A stretch of DNA of 63,912 nt, the filler included, from Dimorphilus gyrociliatus (lineage: Eukaryota; Animalia; Annelida), in assembly GCA_904063045.1 (NCBI GenBank). It is 7 parts of 7 records of this genome, joined end to end, with 100 filler letters (N's around TTAATTAATTAA, not from the genome) between each part and the next. Parts side by side here need not be neighbours in the genome. Positions count along the whole stretch, not along the records: positions 60,258 to 63,912 come from CAJFCJ010000195.1; 6 more parts are not named here. One strand, given 5' to 3'. Each line of letters starts with the position of its first letter. Position 1 is the stretch's first letter. Shown here piece by piece: positions 63,384 through 63,912 of this stretch. The translations under genes were made by a program, and so were the position numbers. The notes beneath the pieces are model-generated. The model searched no databases. It saw nothing but the letters and a program-made list of their open reading frames with translations, and had not been told where the DNA came from.

Positions 63384-63912
63384 ATGGATAATCAATGGTG
63401 CATTCCATCCTCAAAATATTATCAAGATATTGAATATACTGTCCAAAATTTGAAATATCAAATGAATTATATTTTTTCTACAGAGTTTAACATAAAATAT
63501 TCAAAATTCCATATAAATTTAGAAAATCTTTTAACAACACATATTGACCAGTATAGACTTTTAGGAGCTACAAATATTAAAAAAGTCACAGAAGATGGAG
63601 AAGGATTCCTTGATTTGAGAAAAGGTATTTCAAAATTGGTGAAAATTTCTAAGAAAAGCATGAAAAAATATAATGAAAGTAACAGAGATTTGTCAAAATA
63701 TGTTCATTTGTCAAAATTAATGGAAACAATTAAAAGAGAAATGGATTTTAAGGAAATTCTAAATTTATGTGAAAAAAATCTTTTGAGAAGAAATAGAAAA
63801 TTTATTGAAAAGTCTGTTGAAAAAAAAGAAAAAATTTGTTCTGGTCTGAAGAAAGAATTATTATCCTTTTATAGAAAAGTTCATCAATTAGAAGAGAATA
63901 TACCTCAGGTGG
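63384..63912 (+). CDS. Orphan ORF open to the window end (at least 176 aa), absent from the supplied ORF track
   Basis: ATG at 63384: MDNQWCIPSSKYYQDIEYTVQNLKYQMNY...HQLEENIPQV, with no stop. Confidence 0.55.
   Translation, partial: MDNQWCIPSSKYYQDIEYTVQNLKYQMNYIFSTEFNIKYSKFHINLENLLTTHIDQYRLLGATNIKKVTEDGEGFLDLRKGISKLVKISKKSMKKYNESNRDLSKYVHLSKLMETIKREMDFKEILNLCEKNLLRRNRKFIEKSVEKKEKICSGLKKELLSFYRKVHQLEENIPQV

Overview
Eukaryotic, very AT-rich sequence made of seven contigs (A 1-13574, B 13675-34002, C 34103-40691, D 40792-46494, E 46595-54989, F 55090-60157, G 60258-63912). They are joined by identical 100-nt artificial spacers (N44-TTAATTAATTAA-N44), so adjacency across spacers is not biological. 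Contigs A, B, E, F and probably G look like a compact-genome invertebrate with ~55-75 nt GT-AG introns. They carry a frameshifted NACHT-LRR (NLR-like) gene, a second RI-type LRR gene, a tandem array of three GRL101/LGR-like receptors, a CD225/dispanin, an SDR, a lamin-tail-like/GDPHF secreted protein, a CXXC-rich protein and three copies of one young Ty3/Gypsy family. Contigs C and D are intronless, have CCC motifs just upstream of ATGs and secreted LRR genes, and look microsporidian-like (possibly a co-sequenced parasite). Best leads: (1) the Gypsy element encodes a second aspartic protease in frame after the integrase GPY/F module, followed by an acidic repeat tail; (2) all three GPCRs end in a spliced-on, shrunken kinase-like domain with conserved intron positions; (3) a TGT...ACA integrase transposon with a 5-bp TSD sits inside the Walker B codons of a Helitron PIF1 helicase. 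All domain calls come from motif recognition by eye, not database searches.
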